Source of the DNA: Macrostomum lignano
Lineage: Eukaryota
Reading direction: 5' to 3'
Assembly (NCBI GenBank): GCA_002269645.1
Contig: NIVC01000968.1
Coordinates: forward strand, 21,455 to 85,454
DNA length: 64,000 nt
Made by a program: the position numbers and the translations under genes. Of this stretch, positions 38,801 through 48,800 are shown in pieces. The notes beneath the pieces are model-generated. The model did not search any database. It had not been told where the DNA came from and saw nothing but the letters and a program-made list of their open reading frames with translations. Every line of letters begins with the position of its first letter. Positions within the stretch are counted from its first letter, which is position 1.

Positions 38801-41800
38801 TCTCGCGTGTAATAAAATATTTACTACTGAAAACCGTCGGCGAAACAAAATTTGCATATTTTTTCTGTTTTTTTTTCTAAAAAAGTCGAATAAAATATTT
38901 GACATCACTACTGCCCCTGTTGCTTTACCCACAGGTTCGCGTAGAATCGGTCGGCTTTGACTCTACAGGCAGTGCTCGGGTATTTTCCACCGCCTACGGC
39001 TGGGTGTCCGTTGTGCCACTGGCCGAACTGCGAGTTCACGCACCTGTTGCTGCTATCAAAGTTGGCAACTGCGTGCCGTTGTGGGCGGTGGCTCAAGGCG
39101 GCGTCGGCCCGATCGCATTGGCAACCGTAACTCCGGCCATGTACTTTCACTGGAGTCTGGACGGGGAGGGACAGGTAAGGGTGCTTAAATTGCATTTCCA
39201 TAGGAAGCCCCGATCACTGAATCAAGCCTACTAGATTTAGGCTGTGTCTTATTGAATCTGGGTCAGTGGGGGGCTGCGTCAATTGAATCTAGGTCAGTGG
39301 GGGGCTGCGTCAATTGAATCTGGGTCAGTGGGGGGCTGGGTCAATTGAATCTGGGTCAGTGGGGGGCTGGGTCAATTGAATTTAGGTCAGTGGGGGCTGC
39401 GTCAATTGAATCTAGGTCAGTGGGGGGCTGCGTCAATTGAATCTAGGTCAGTGGGGGGCTGGGTCAATTTAATCTAGGTCAGTAGGGGGCTGGGTCAATT
39501 GAATCTGGGTCAGTGGGGGCTGGGTCAATTGAATTTAGGTCAGTGGGGGGCTGCGTCAATTGAATCTGGGTCAGTGGGGGCTGCGTCAATTGAATCTAGG
39601 TCAGTGGGGGGCTGCGTCAATTGAATCTAGGTCAGTAGGGGGCTGGGTCAATTGAATCTGGGTCAGTGGGGGCTGCGTCAATTGAATCTAGGTCAGTGGG
39701 GGGCTGGGTCAATTTAATCTAGGTCAGTAGGGGGCTGGGTCAATTGAATCTGGGTCAGTGGGGGGCTGGGTCAATTGAATTTAGGTCAGTGGGGGGCTGC
39801 GTCAATTGAATCTAGGTCAGTGGGGGGCTGCGTCAATTGAATCTAGGTCAGTGGGGGGCTGGGTCAATTTAATCTAGGTCAGTGGGGTGCTGGGTCAATT
39901 GAATCTAGGTCAGTGGGGGGCTGCGTCAATTGAATCTAGGTCAGTAGGGGGCTGGGTCAATTGAATCTGGGTCAGTGGGGGGCTGCGTCAATTGAATCTA
40001 GGTCAGTAGGGGGCTGGGTCAATTGAATCTGGGTCAGTGGGGGCTGGGTCAATTGAATTTAGGTCAGTGGGGGCTGCGTCAATTGAATCTAGGTCAGTGG
40101 GGGGCTGCGTCAATTGAATCTAGGTCAGTGGGAGGCTGGGTCAATTTAATCTAGGTCAGTGGGGTGCTGGGTCAATTGAATCTAGGTCAGTGGGGGCTGC
40201 GTCAATTGAATCTAGGTCAGTAGGGGGCTGGGTCGATTGAATCTGGGTCAGAGGGGGGCTGGGTCAATTGAATTTAGGTCAGTGGGGGGCTGCGTCAATT
40301 GAATCTAGGTCAGTGGGGGGCTGCGTCAATTGAATCTAGGTCAGTGGGGGGGCTGGGTCAATTGAATCTGGATCAGTGGTGGGCTGGGTCATTGAATCTG
40401 GGTCAGTGATAGGCTAGGTCAGTTGAATCTGGGTCAGTGATGGGCTAGGTCAGTTGAATCTGGGTCAGTGAGGGGCTGGGTCAATTGAATTTAGGTCAGT
40501 GGGGGGCTGCGTCAATTGAATCTAGGTCAGTGGGGGGCTGCGTCAATTGAATCTAGGTCAGTGGGGGGCTGGGTCAATTTAATCTAGGTCAGTAGGGGGC
40601 TGGGTCAATTGAATCTGGGTCAGTGGGGGGCTGGGTCAATTGAATTTAGGTCAGTGGGGGCTGCGTCAATTGAATCTAGGTCAGTGGGGGGCTGCGTCAA
40701 TTGAATCTAGGTCAGTGGGGGCTGGGTCAATTTAATCTAGGTCAGTGGGGTGCTGGGTCAATTGAATCTAGGTCAGTGGGGGGCTGCGTCAATTGAATCT
40801 AGGTCAGTAGGGGCTGGGTCAATTGAATCTGGGTCAGTGGGGGCTGCGTCAATTGAATCTAGGTCAGTAGGGGGCTGGGTCAATTGAATCTGGGTCAGTG
40901 GGGGGCTGCGTCAATTGAATTTAGGTCAGTGGGGGGCTGCGTCAATTGAATCTAGGTCAGTGGGGGGCTGGGTCAATTGAATCTAGGTCAGTGGGAGGCT
41001 GGGTCAATTTAATCTAGGTCAGTGGGGTGCTGGGTCAATTGAATCTAGGTCAGTGGGGGGCTGCGTCAATTGAATCTAGGTCAGTAGGGGGCTGGGTCGA
41101 TTGAATCTGGGTCAGAGGGGGGCTGGGTCAATTGAATTTAGGTCAGTGGGGGGCTGCGTCAATTGAATCTAGGTCAGTGGGGGGCTGCGTCAATTGAATC
41201 TAGGTCAGTGGGGGGGGCTGGGTCAATTGAATCTGGATCAGTGGTGGGCTGGGTCATTGAATCTGGGTCAGTGATAGGCTAGGTCAGTTGAATCTGGGTC
41301 AGTGATGGGCTAGGTCAGTTGAATCTGGGTCAGTGAGGGGCTGGGTCAATTTAATCTGGGTCACTGATGGGCTAGGTCAATTGAATTTGGGTCAATTGAA
41401 CAGGGTTAATTCATCTTCTGAGTCATGATAATTTGAGTCACCCATCTGGGTCATAGAAATTAGGCCACTGCCCCGGTCACATTGGATTTCACTGTAAACT
41501 ATTTCAATATAAGAATGTAAGGGAAGCCACAATGTAATGCACTTCAGTAACCATGCTATCCTATTCCACTCAACTGCAGGTCGGCAGTCTGACCCACCTT
41601 TTGAGCCACCTGGGCCAGCCGCTCCGAGCCAAGCGCATGTCAGCCGGGGTCCGCCTGTGCGGCCTCTCGCCGGGTCAGGCCGTTGTCCGGCTTCGCTTGC
41701 ACCGCGACCAGAACCAGCAGCGGCCGCTGCACCAGGCCGAGCTGTCAATCCGCGTGGTGGCCGCCCTGTCCGTGCCGGGCATCTGCGCCGAGCCGATCCG

Positions 41801-44381
41801 CATGGCGCCTGGCAGCAGCTACGATCTGTCAGCCAATCGCAAGGCTGGCGACCTGCGCTATAGCCTTATTGAGACTGCTCAGCCTGTGTCTCTCTATCAG
41901 CAGCAGCATCAGCAACAGGTGGTCACCCTCAGCTCCTCTGGCCAGCTGACCGCTCTGAACAGCCACGGCAGCTCGCTGCTCACCGTGTCCGCCGAGAGCC
42001 GCTGGGCCAATCAGACTCTCACTATGCGAGTTGACATCTGCCCCATTGCCTACCTGATGCTGCAGTACGATGGACCTGAACTTCCCCGGATGCGGGCCGA
42101 TTTGCATCACCTGCCCACTGGCGGCCTGTACGGACTGCGGGTCGCCGCCTTCACTGCGCTGGGCGACCCGATTCATGCGGCCAACCCGCCCCTGACTGCC
42201 CACGCTAGCCGGCTGGACTTTGTGCAACTGTCCGACTTTGCTAATCAGTCATTTAGCTTGCGAGCTATTGCCAAAGGTTGCACGGCTTTTCAAGTTAGTC
42301 ACAATGGTCTCCAAGATTTTGCCGTGGTATTCACTGCGCCCGCCATTGAGCCGCATGATGTTCAGGTGAGCAGTATGATTGCTAAATCATGCCACCCACC
42401 ACCCCAATCCATGTCACCCACCTCCCCAATCCGTGACGCCCACCACCCCAATCCATGTCACCCACCTCCCCAATCCATGTCACCCACCTCCCCAATCCAT
42501 GCCACTACTCTACTCAAATCTGTACCACTAACCGTATTACAAAATACTTTTAACCTGCTGTCACTGTAGGTATCCGCCGGCACCGTCCTCTGCTTTTCGT
42601 CGCCATTCCTGCACGGCGAGGAGCTCAGTTGGGCGTCCACAAACCCGCAGTCGCTGGCCATACTGCCAGACACTGGCCTGGCCGTGGCTCTGGCGCCCGG
42701 CAAGTCCGCCGTCTTCCTCGCCGGCCGCCGATTCTCCGCCTCAGCCGACGTCCTCGTATCCGAGCCGACCGACTTGTCCGCCTCGGCGCCGCCCGGCTCC
42801 CTGCTGTCGGACAGCGGCCACGCTCCGCCGGTTTTCATCACCGTCGGACCGGCCGCTCCGGTTGCTTCGTTGGCCGCCGCCGCTTTCGCTGCCGGCAACT
42901 GCACGGGCGGCACCAGCGGTGGCTCTTCAACGCCGAAGCTGTCACCAAATGGAGTGGAACTGCTGTCCAGTCTGCTGCAGTGCCAGGCCCAGTTTAGCGA
43001 CGAAGTCTCCAGCCACCAGGCCGCTTCTGGCCTACCTGTGCTCCACGCCGAGCCCACTCTGGTCAGCGGGGGCCGTCTGGCCTGCCTGGTCCGCGTACAG
43101 CCGCCGCCAGCCGCCGCCGCCGCGCCCTGGTGGGACGCCGACTCCGACGACTCCGACAAAGGCGACCGTCGGCATCGGCTTCCGCATGTTGTTGTGACGG
43201 CCGAGCTGCCCAGAGCCGGAGCCGCCGCGCCGCCCGTCTCCATTCCGCTCTGGCCGGCTGTCCGGCTCGCCAGCACGCCGACTCCGACTTTAGATGAAGA
43301 CGGCGTTGCCGAACTGCGCCTGCTGGTGCACCCGGCTGCTCGGCAGGGACTGTCGGTGCAAGCCGCTCGGCCTGACCTGCTGCGCGTGTCCGAGCCTCGC
43401 GTCTGCTCCGATGCTCAAGCTGACGACGGTGGCGATGCTCCGGCTGCCACCCCCATAGCCGGCTGCCTGACCGTGTCGCTGCGTCTGACACCCACCGCTC
43501 TGGACGGCCTATCGACGTCCCAGGATGCAGTGACTGTAGCTTCGTCAGCTGCGTCAGTGGCCGATCTTCGCGTTATCGTACGGCACCAGCGAACTCGGCA
43601 GAATCTGGACCTGCCAGTTCGGCCGCATCCCAGCCTGCTGCGCTCCGCCGGCGGCTCTCGATCGACTGCCCGCAGCGACTCTGCCACTGATGCCATCGGC
43701 CTATCTGACGCCAGCAATCGGGGCCTGCTGTACATCGGGATTGGCGCGCTGATCACCCTGCTGGTGATCGGCTTCACCGCCCGACTGCTGCAGCCGCCGC
43801 GGCTGCTGATGGCCGATCCGGCGGCAGCTGGCGTTGGACTGACGCCGCCGCGCGGTACTGCCGGAGCTGCTGCTGGAGCTGATTCGCTGGGGGCTCGGTC
43901 TAGCCTGGGTATGTTGCTTCCATCTGTCTTAACCCATCTGGAGCTCCAGTGTCATCCGGCTCAAATAGTCCCTCCCATCTCACCCAGCTCGGATCTCCAA
44001 TCTTACGAAGTGTGATCTCCCTCTCTAATCTCACCCAGCTCGGATCTCCTCCAATCTCACCAAGTGGGATTTCCCTCAGCTCAAACCTCTCTCCAATCCC
44101 ATTCAGCTCGGATCTGACTCAGTTCCTATTTCGCCCAAGTAAATGGCAGGTATTTACAGGTTTAGCAGTTATTACTTAAGTAAGCACATGTACTATCACA
44201 TACTGAGCTACTCCAGCACTGCATGCTTCTCTACCCGCTGCTCCCTCCAGACCGGTCCGGCCCGGTGCTATGGAGCCAGGGCTACGGCTACACCAGCTCG
44301 GCGGATTTCAGCCCAGTATCGCCGTATCGCCGCAGTCCGAACACTAGCGGCTTCGGGTCGCGCAGTCGGCTGGCTGATTAA
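20895..44381 (+). CDS. NUP210: Nuclear pore membrane glycoprotein 210 (gp210), 13 exons, ~2017 aa
   Basis: Exons 20895-21076, 25001-25128, 26021-26152, 26473-26838, 27477-27605, 27732-28096, 28680-29759, 31326-31640, 32615-33475, 38935-39174, 41580-42365, 42570-43908 and 44251-44381 splice in frame (6054 nt). Signal peptide, then KVLLPY...NYTLVAESEARYCYRW (cf. human KVLLPF...NFTLEASEGCYRW), TTQELYLHDAP, GGSGEYSW, a single TM (GLLYIGIGALITLLVIGF) and an S/TP-rich tail with an LWS motif. Confidence 0.95.
25195..25755. repeat. 25-bp minisatellite (NUP210 intron 2)
   Basis: Unit TTCTGGAGTGACATGAGATTCAATG. Confidence 0.95.
26247..26440 (-). mobile_element. tRNA-derived SINE, 3'-truncated copy
   Basis: Reverse complement of the family at 61604-61912 (box B GGTTCGATTCTC; core GCATTGCTTCAGTTCACCCAGCTGTAAAATGGGTGCCAGC). 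Confidence 0.75.
26915..27390. repeat. 25-bp minisatellite (NUP210 intron 4)
   Basis: Unit GATGCTGAGGGTGAGCAGTCTCACA. Confidence 0.95.
29895..31205. repeat. 16-bp composite minisatellite (NUP210 intron 7)
   Basis: GACTGAAACTACCCCG with CTCT, CACT and GAAT variants. Confidence 0.95.
31641..32560. repeat. 34-bp minisatellite (NUP210 intron 8)
   Basis: Unit GTGAGGGATGGCTAATTAGGGCACTGACTGACAG. Confidence 0.95.
33663..33821 (-). repeat. 3' LTR of the Gypsy element
   Basis: TGTTGTG...CACAACA, 158/159 identical to 37850-38008. Confidence 0.97.
33858..36883 (-). CDS. Gypsy pol (protease, RT, RNase H, integrase), broken by a 1-nt frameshift near 35685
   Basis: IDTGAG protease, LDLEKAYHQ and YVDDIL RT motifs, ECDSS RNase H, and H..HLG...C..C plus D-D-E integrase (HIDFAGP, SDNG, ERMVRT). 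Confidence 0.9.
36859..37821 (-). CDS. Gypsy gag
   Basis: 320-aa ORF with two Zn knuckles, CGRCGTMHGSNGGC and CNKCGMQNHFATVC, plus RDQLVFGL; typical of Mag-clade gag. Confidence 0.9.
   Translation of the reverse strand: MPGSTPASPTKGVGKTVSSDKAPPLAISSKSVQATKSATATAQNPSAQVSRGQQVDIEKLDGSSNFQRWLDQFTLCSELNGWQDDTKNKLLLMKLSTKLYDALADRAAPKKPGEKSFDELTKLLASILEPKTFVMAERFNFQHITRTASMSIREYAQQLCMQADKCQFGLSRDERLRDQLVFGLNDKVAISKLLEQDFSTLTFETAINIAEAHQNLSQTQILKGCTSQPQSSEVMKISASVTRGSHSTSSKCGRCGTMHGSNGGCPAKGKTCNKCGMQNHFATVCKTKSTGFGKGRKSLKSPSASGQFRRAAVCQGPQAL
37850..38008 (-). repeat. 5' LTR of the Gypsy element
   Basis: Matches 33663-33821 except caatag vs caattg. Confidence 0.97.
38060..38800. repeat. 16-bp minisatellite (NUP210 intron 9)
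   Basis: Unit CTCCAATCTCACCCAG; degenerate copies also at 33600-33660. Confidence 0.95.
39250..41395. repeat. 30/31-bp G-rich minisatellite (NUP210 intron 10)
   Basis: Unit GTCAGTGGGGGGCTGCGTCAATTGAATCTAG, ~68 copies. Confidence 0.97.
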
Positions 44382-45049
44382 CTGTTAATCTAGCTGCTGG
44401 ATGAAGCACACTTTAATTAAGGAAGCATTTTTTACAATCGCATTCAAAGACTGGATCTGATGACGAATGCCAGTTGTGCTTGGCTTGCTCAGTAATTTTA
44501 TGCTCTTACTTTGCCAAATAGTTTAATAACATGCATCTTAATATCGCCTTGTTCATGCTGTAAAACCTGCACTGACTACTGCTTAGTAGTGTGCGCATTT
44601 TGCCATTAATTTATGCACTATAGCGATAGCCAGTGTTCTTGGTGCCTAAGTTTATATTTTAATTCCATTGCTGTCAATGAATAGTAATAAATCACAAAAA
44701 AATATGCGCCTATTTTTGTGCACTCGTAATACTACTCATAGTTATTTAATACAAGTAGTATTTTTTGTTTATTTAAATATTCTTCTACTGTTCTGTTACT
44801 TTGTACTTTCTGTGTGTATTTTGTTTTTGTTAGGCTTAACTAATTATTAATCGCAAAAAATTATAGGCTTTAAAATAAATTGCGTAGCTCTATCCGTCTA
44901 ATTTCCATCTGATTGGTTTGTTTAATACTTATAATTTATCAAATAAATAATAACATTGTCAGAAAATAGTCTGACTGCATTTTGCTGCTGACTTGACGAC
45001 ATAAATAGTCCTATATTTGCTTCTCTTTATATTGCCTTAAGTCTAGCAG

Positions 45050-45535
45050 TCTCATCCGGCTCCAATCTCTCCTAAATCTGCTCTCACCCAGCTACAATCT
45101 CACATAGCTCCAATCTCAACCAACTTCGATCTCATCCAGCTCCGATATCACCTAACTCCGATCTCATCCAGCTACAATCTCACATAGCTCCAAGCTCATC
45201 CAGCTCCAATCTCACTCAGCTCCAATCTCATCCAGCCCCAATCTCACCCAGCCCCAATCTCACCTAGCTGTAATCTCACCCAGCCCCAATCTCACCCAGC
45301 CCCAATCTCATACAGCCCCAATCTCACCCAGCCCCAATCTCACCCAGCCCCAATCTCACCCAGCCCCAATCTCACCTAGCTGCAATCTCACCCAGCTTAA
45401 TCTCATACAGCCCCAATCTTACCTAGCCCCAATCTCACCTAGCTGCAATCTCACCCAGCCCCAATCTCACCCAGCCCCAATCTCATACAGCCCCAATCTC
45501 ACCCAGCTCCAATCTCACCCAGCTCCAATCTACTC
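45050..45535. repeat. 16-bp minisatellite, same family as 38060-38800
   Basis: C(T/C)CCAATCTCACCCAG units. Confidence 0.9.
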
Positions 45536-45845
45536 TCTAGTTCTACCCTGTCAAATCTTAGCTCTTGTTTTCTTACTTCATATTGTCTATTATTTTATGC
45601 CCATTCTAACTAATCCTAAATTCTCTCACTTTGGCCCTCTCATTTCTTGTTTTGCCGGTCACTTTCATCTCAGTTTCTATTTTGTTATTTTGTTTTGTAG
45701 TAGCAAGCAGCTTGATTTGCTTAAACCAAAGTCAACCTCCTAATGCTTCATTTATGCCCTATTTAAGACATTTTGGCTGCTCAGATCAATTCCAAAAGTC
45801 TCTGTTATCTGAGGCTTGCCTAATTACTCAACTCTTTGATTAGTA

Positions 45846-48800
45846 ATGATTTCTAACGAGCTTCAGTTGCTACTTCTGGCATCCAATCGGCAATCCTGGT
45901 GCTCTATTAGAGGCCGAATGAAGCACCTGTTGCAGTTATCGCACAGGTGCTGGAGCAGCGGCGGCGGCGCCAGGCTTGACAGTCAGCTGGCGCAGTGGCA
46001 GAGCCGCGTCCCGCCAGCATTGAATGCGCCGCCTGTGTCATCCAATGCCAGGACTGTGTGGCACTGCGAGCGACTGGGCACTGAGTCAGTTGATAGAGTA
46101 GGTTCAGAGGCAGTGGGGCCTTTTTCTATATCAAATTCTGTAGCAGTGGAGGCGGTTGCTAGGGTAGATTCGGTGGCAGTGGAGCCGGTTGCTAGGCTAG
46201 ATTCAGTGGCAGTGGAGCCGGTTGCTAGGGTAGATTCAGTGGCAGTGGAGGCGGTTGCTAGGGTAGATTCAGTAGCAGTGGTGGTGGTTGCTAGGGTAGA
46301 TTCAGTAGCAGTGTAGGAGCCGGTTGCTAGGGTAGATTCAGTGGCAGTGGAGCCGGTTGCTAGGCTAGATTCAGTGGCAGTGGAGCCGGTTGCTAGGCTA
46401 GATTCAGTGGCAGTGGAGCCGGTTGCTAGGCTAGATTCAGTGGCAGTGGAGCCGGTTGCTAGGCTAGATTCAGTGGCAGTGGAGCCGGTTGCTAGGCTAG
46501 ATTCAGTGGCAGTGGAGCCGGTTGCTAGGCTAGATTCAGTGGCAGTGGAGCCGGTTGCTAGGGTAGATTCAGTAGCAGTGGTGGTGGTTGCTAGGGTAGA
46601 TTCAGTAGCAGTGGTGGTGGTTGCTAGGGTAGATTCAGTAGCAGTGTAGGAGCCGGTTGCTAGGCTAGATTCCGTGACAGTGGACCCGGTTGCTAGGGTA
46701 GATTCAGTAGCAGTGTAGGAGCCGGTTGCTAGGGTAGATTCCGTGACAGTGGACCCGGTTGCTAGGATAGATTCAGTAGCAGTGTAGGAGCCGGTTGCTA
46801 GGGTAGATTCAGTAGCAGTGTAGGAGCCGGTTGCTAGGGTAGATTTAGTAGCAGTGTAGGAGCCGGTTGCTAGGCTAGATTCCGTGACAGTGGACCCGGT
46901 TGCTAGGGTAGATTCAGTAGCAGTGTAGGAGCCGGTTGCTAGAGTAGATTCCGTGACAGTGGAGCCGGTTGCTAGGGTAGATTTAGTGACAGTGAAGCCG
47001 GTTGCTATTGTAGGTGCAGTGGCTTAAATGTCTCAATAATTTATAACTATTTGGCATCGTTTTCCCTTCTTCCCCTCCTCATCTCTGTTTTTGTGACTAC
47101 TTATTAATGATGAAATTAGTAGTAAATTATGCAAGTCTATCTATTTTTACATTTCTCCTATACCATTCACCCAGTGGCCTCATCAAAGCGAGTCGCAGCT
47201 TCCCCTAGTCCTAATGTCGGCAGCGAAGCCTCCGCCGGAGCCGCAGCCGTCGCAAAAGCAACAGCAGAAGAAAGAAAGGCAACGTAAGCAGCAGCAAGAG
47301 GACAAGGAAGCGATCGAGCGACTTAAAATCGAAATGAAGCGGCTGCAAGATCGCACAACAATCAGCTATAAGAACCCGTGCAAAGTGTCGGCTAATTATA
47401 AAAAAACCTGCACAATTGACGAGCTTAACGCTGTCAAATACCACTTTGAAGAGTTTGTAAGCTATTTGTAATGCTTATGATGCTTTTTACATTATGTATT
47501 TTACTACAAAACTATGCTACTTGAAGATATCTGCCAAGCTCAATATGCCATAGATATCTGCCCATAATGCCATATGTATCTGCTCCACAATGCCATAGAT
47601 ATCTGCCCATAATGCCATAGGTATCTGCCCCACAATGCCATAGATATCTGCCCACAATGTCTTAGATATCTGGCCACAATGTCATAGATATCTGCCCACA
47701 ATGTCATAGATATCTGCCCACAATGCCATAGATATCTGCCCACAATGTCATAAATATCTGCCCCACAATGCCATAGATATCTGCCCCACAATGCCATAGA
47801 AATCTGCCCACAATGCCATAGATATCTGGCCACAATGTCATAGATATCTGCCCACAATGCCATAGATATCTGCCCACAATGTCATAAATATCTGCCCACC
47901 ATGCCATAGATATCTGCACACTATGCCATAGATATCTGCACACTATGCCATAGATATCTGCCCACTATGCCATAGAAATATGTCCATAATGCATAGATAC
48001 CTACCCACTATTCGCTAAAAATCCTCTCATTAAACAATAAAACAAAGCAATGAAAGCAATTTGTTGACTTTAATAAAGAATATCCTGCGTTTCTGCAAGG
48101 CTATACTGTCTAGGCCTAATTTTCTTAGAAACTTTCTTAGAAATCGCATTTCTTAGAAATCAACCGCAACGCGTGTGACCTACGAGCGTAATTAGATTTT
48201 ACTAACGTCTACGATGTTCAGGTTAATTTTAAACCAGCAAATGTACTCTGTGAACGAGCTTTAGTAATTTACACTAACATAACCAACTAAACCCTTCTTG
48301 CCCTGATCATTTTATTTTGACAGCTGCCTCGATTCTTCGTGAGCATGATGGACTACAGCCTGTTCACGCCTGATGTTGTCTATATTAACGAGATGCAGAC
48401 TCCGCACAAGACTTCAAAGTAACTTTATATTGAAATTTGCTGTATGTCAGTTTGAACTTGAAGCACATTTCTCTTTCCTGAATCCTGACCTTGCCTGTTT
48501 TATCCAACTAATTCCAGTCTGTCTCATCTGACACATTTGTCTCCTGACATCTCCCTGTATTCTCTGACATCTCCCTGTGTTCTCTGACATCTCCCTGTAT
48601 TCTCTGACATCTCCCTGTATTCTCTGACATCTCCCTGTATTCTCTGACATCTCCCTGTATTCTCTGACATCTCCCTGTATTCTCTGACATCCTCCCCTGT
48701 ATTCTCTGACATCTCCCTGTATTCTCTGACATCCTCCCCTGTATTCTCTGACATCTCCCTGTATTCTCTGACATCCTCCCCTGTATTCTCTGACATCTCC

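Noticed and set aside
28540-43777. Antisense and alternate-frame ORFs over NUP210 exons
   Set aside because: Shadow ORFs expected from GC-rich coding sequence; no independent motifs.
46100-47010. Minus-strand mucin-like (TESSLATGSTA)n coding region
   Set aside because: 34-bp variant units break the frame repeatedly and no start or splice context was found.
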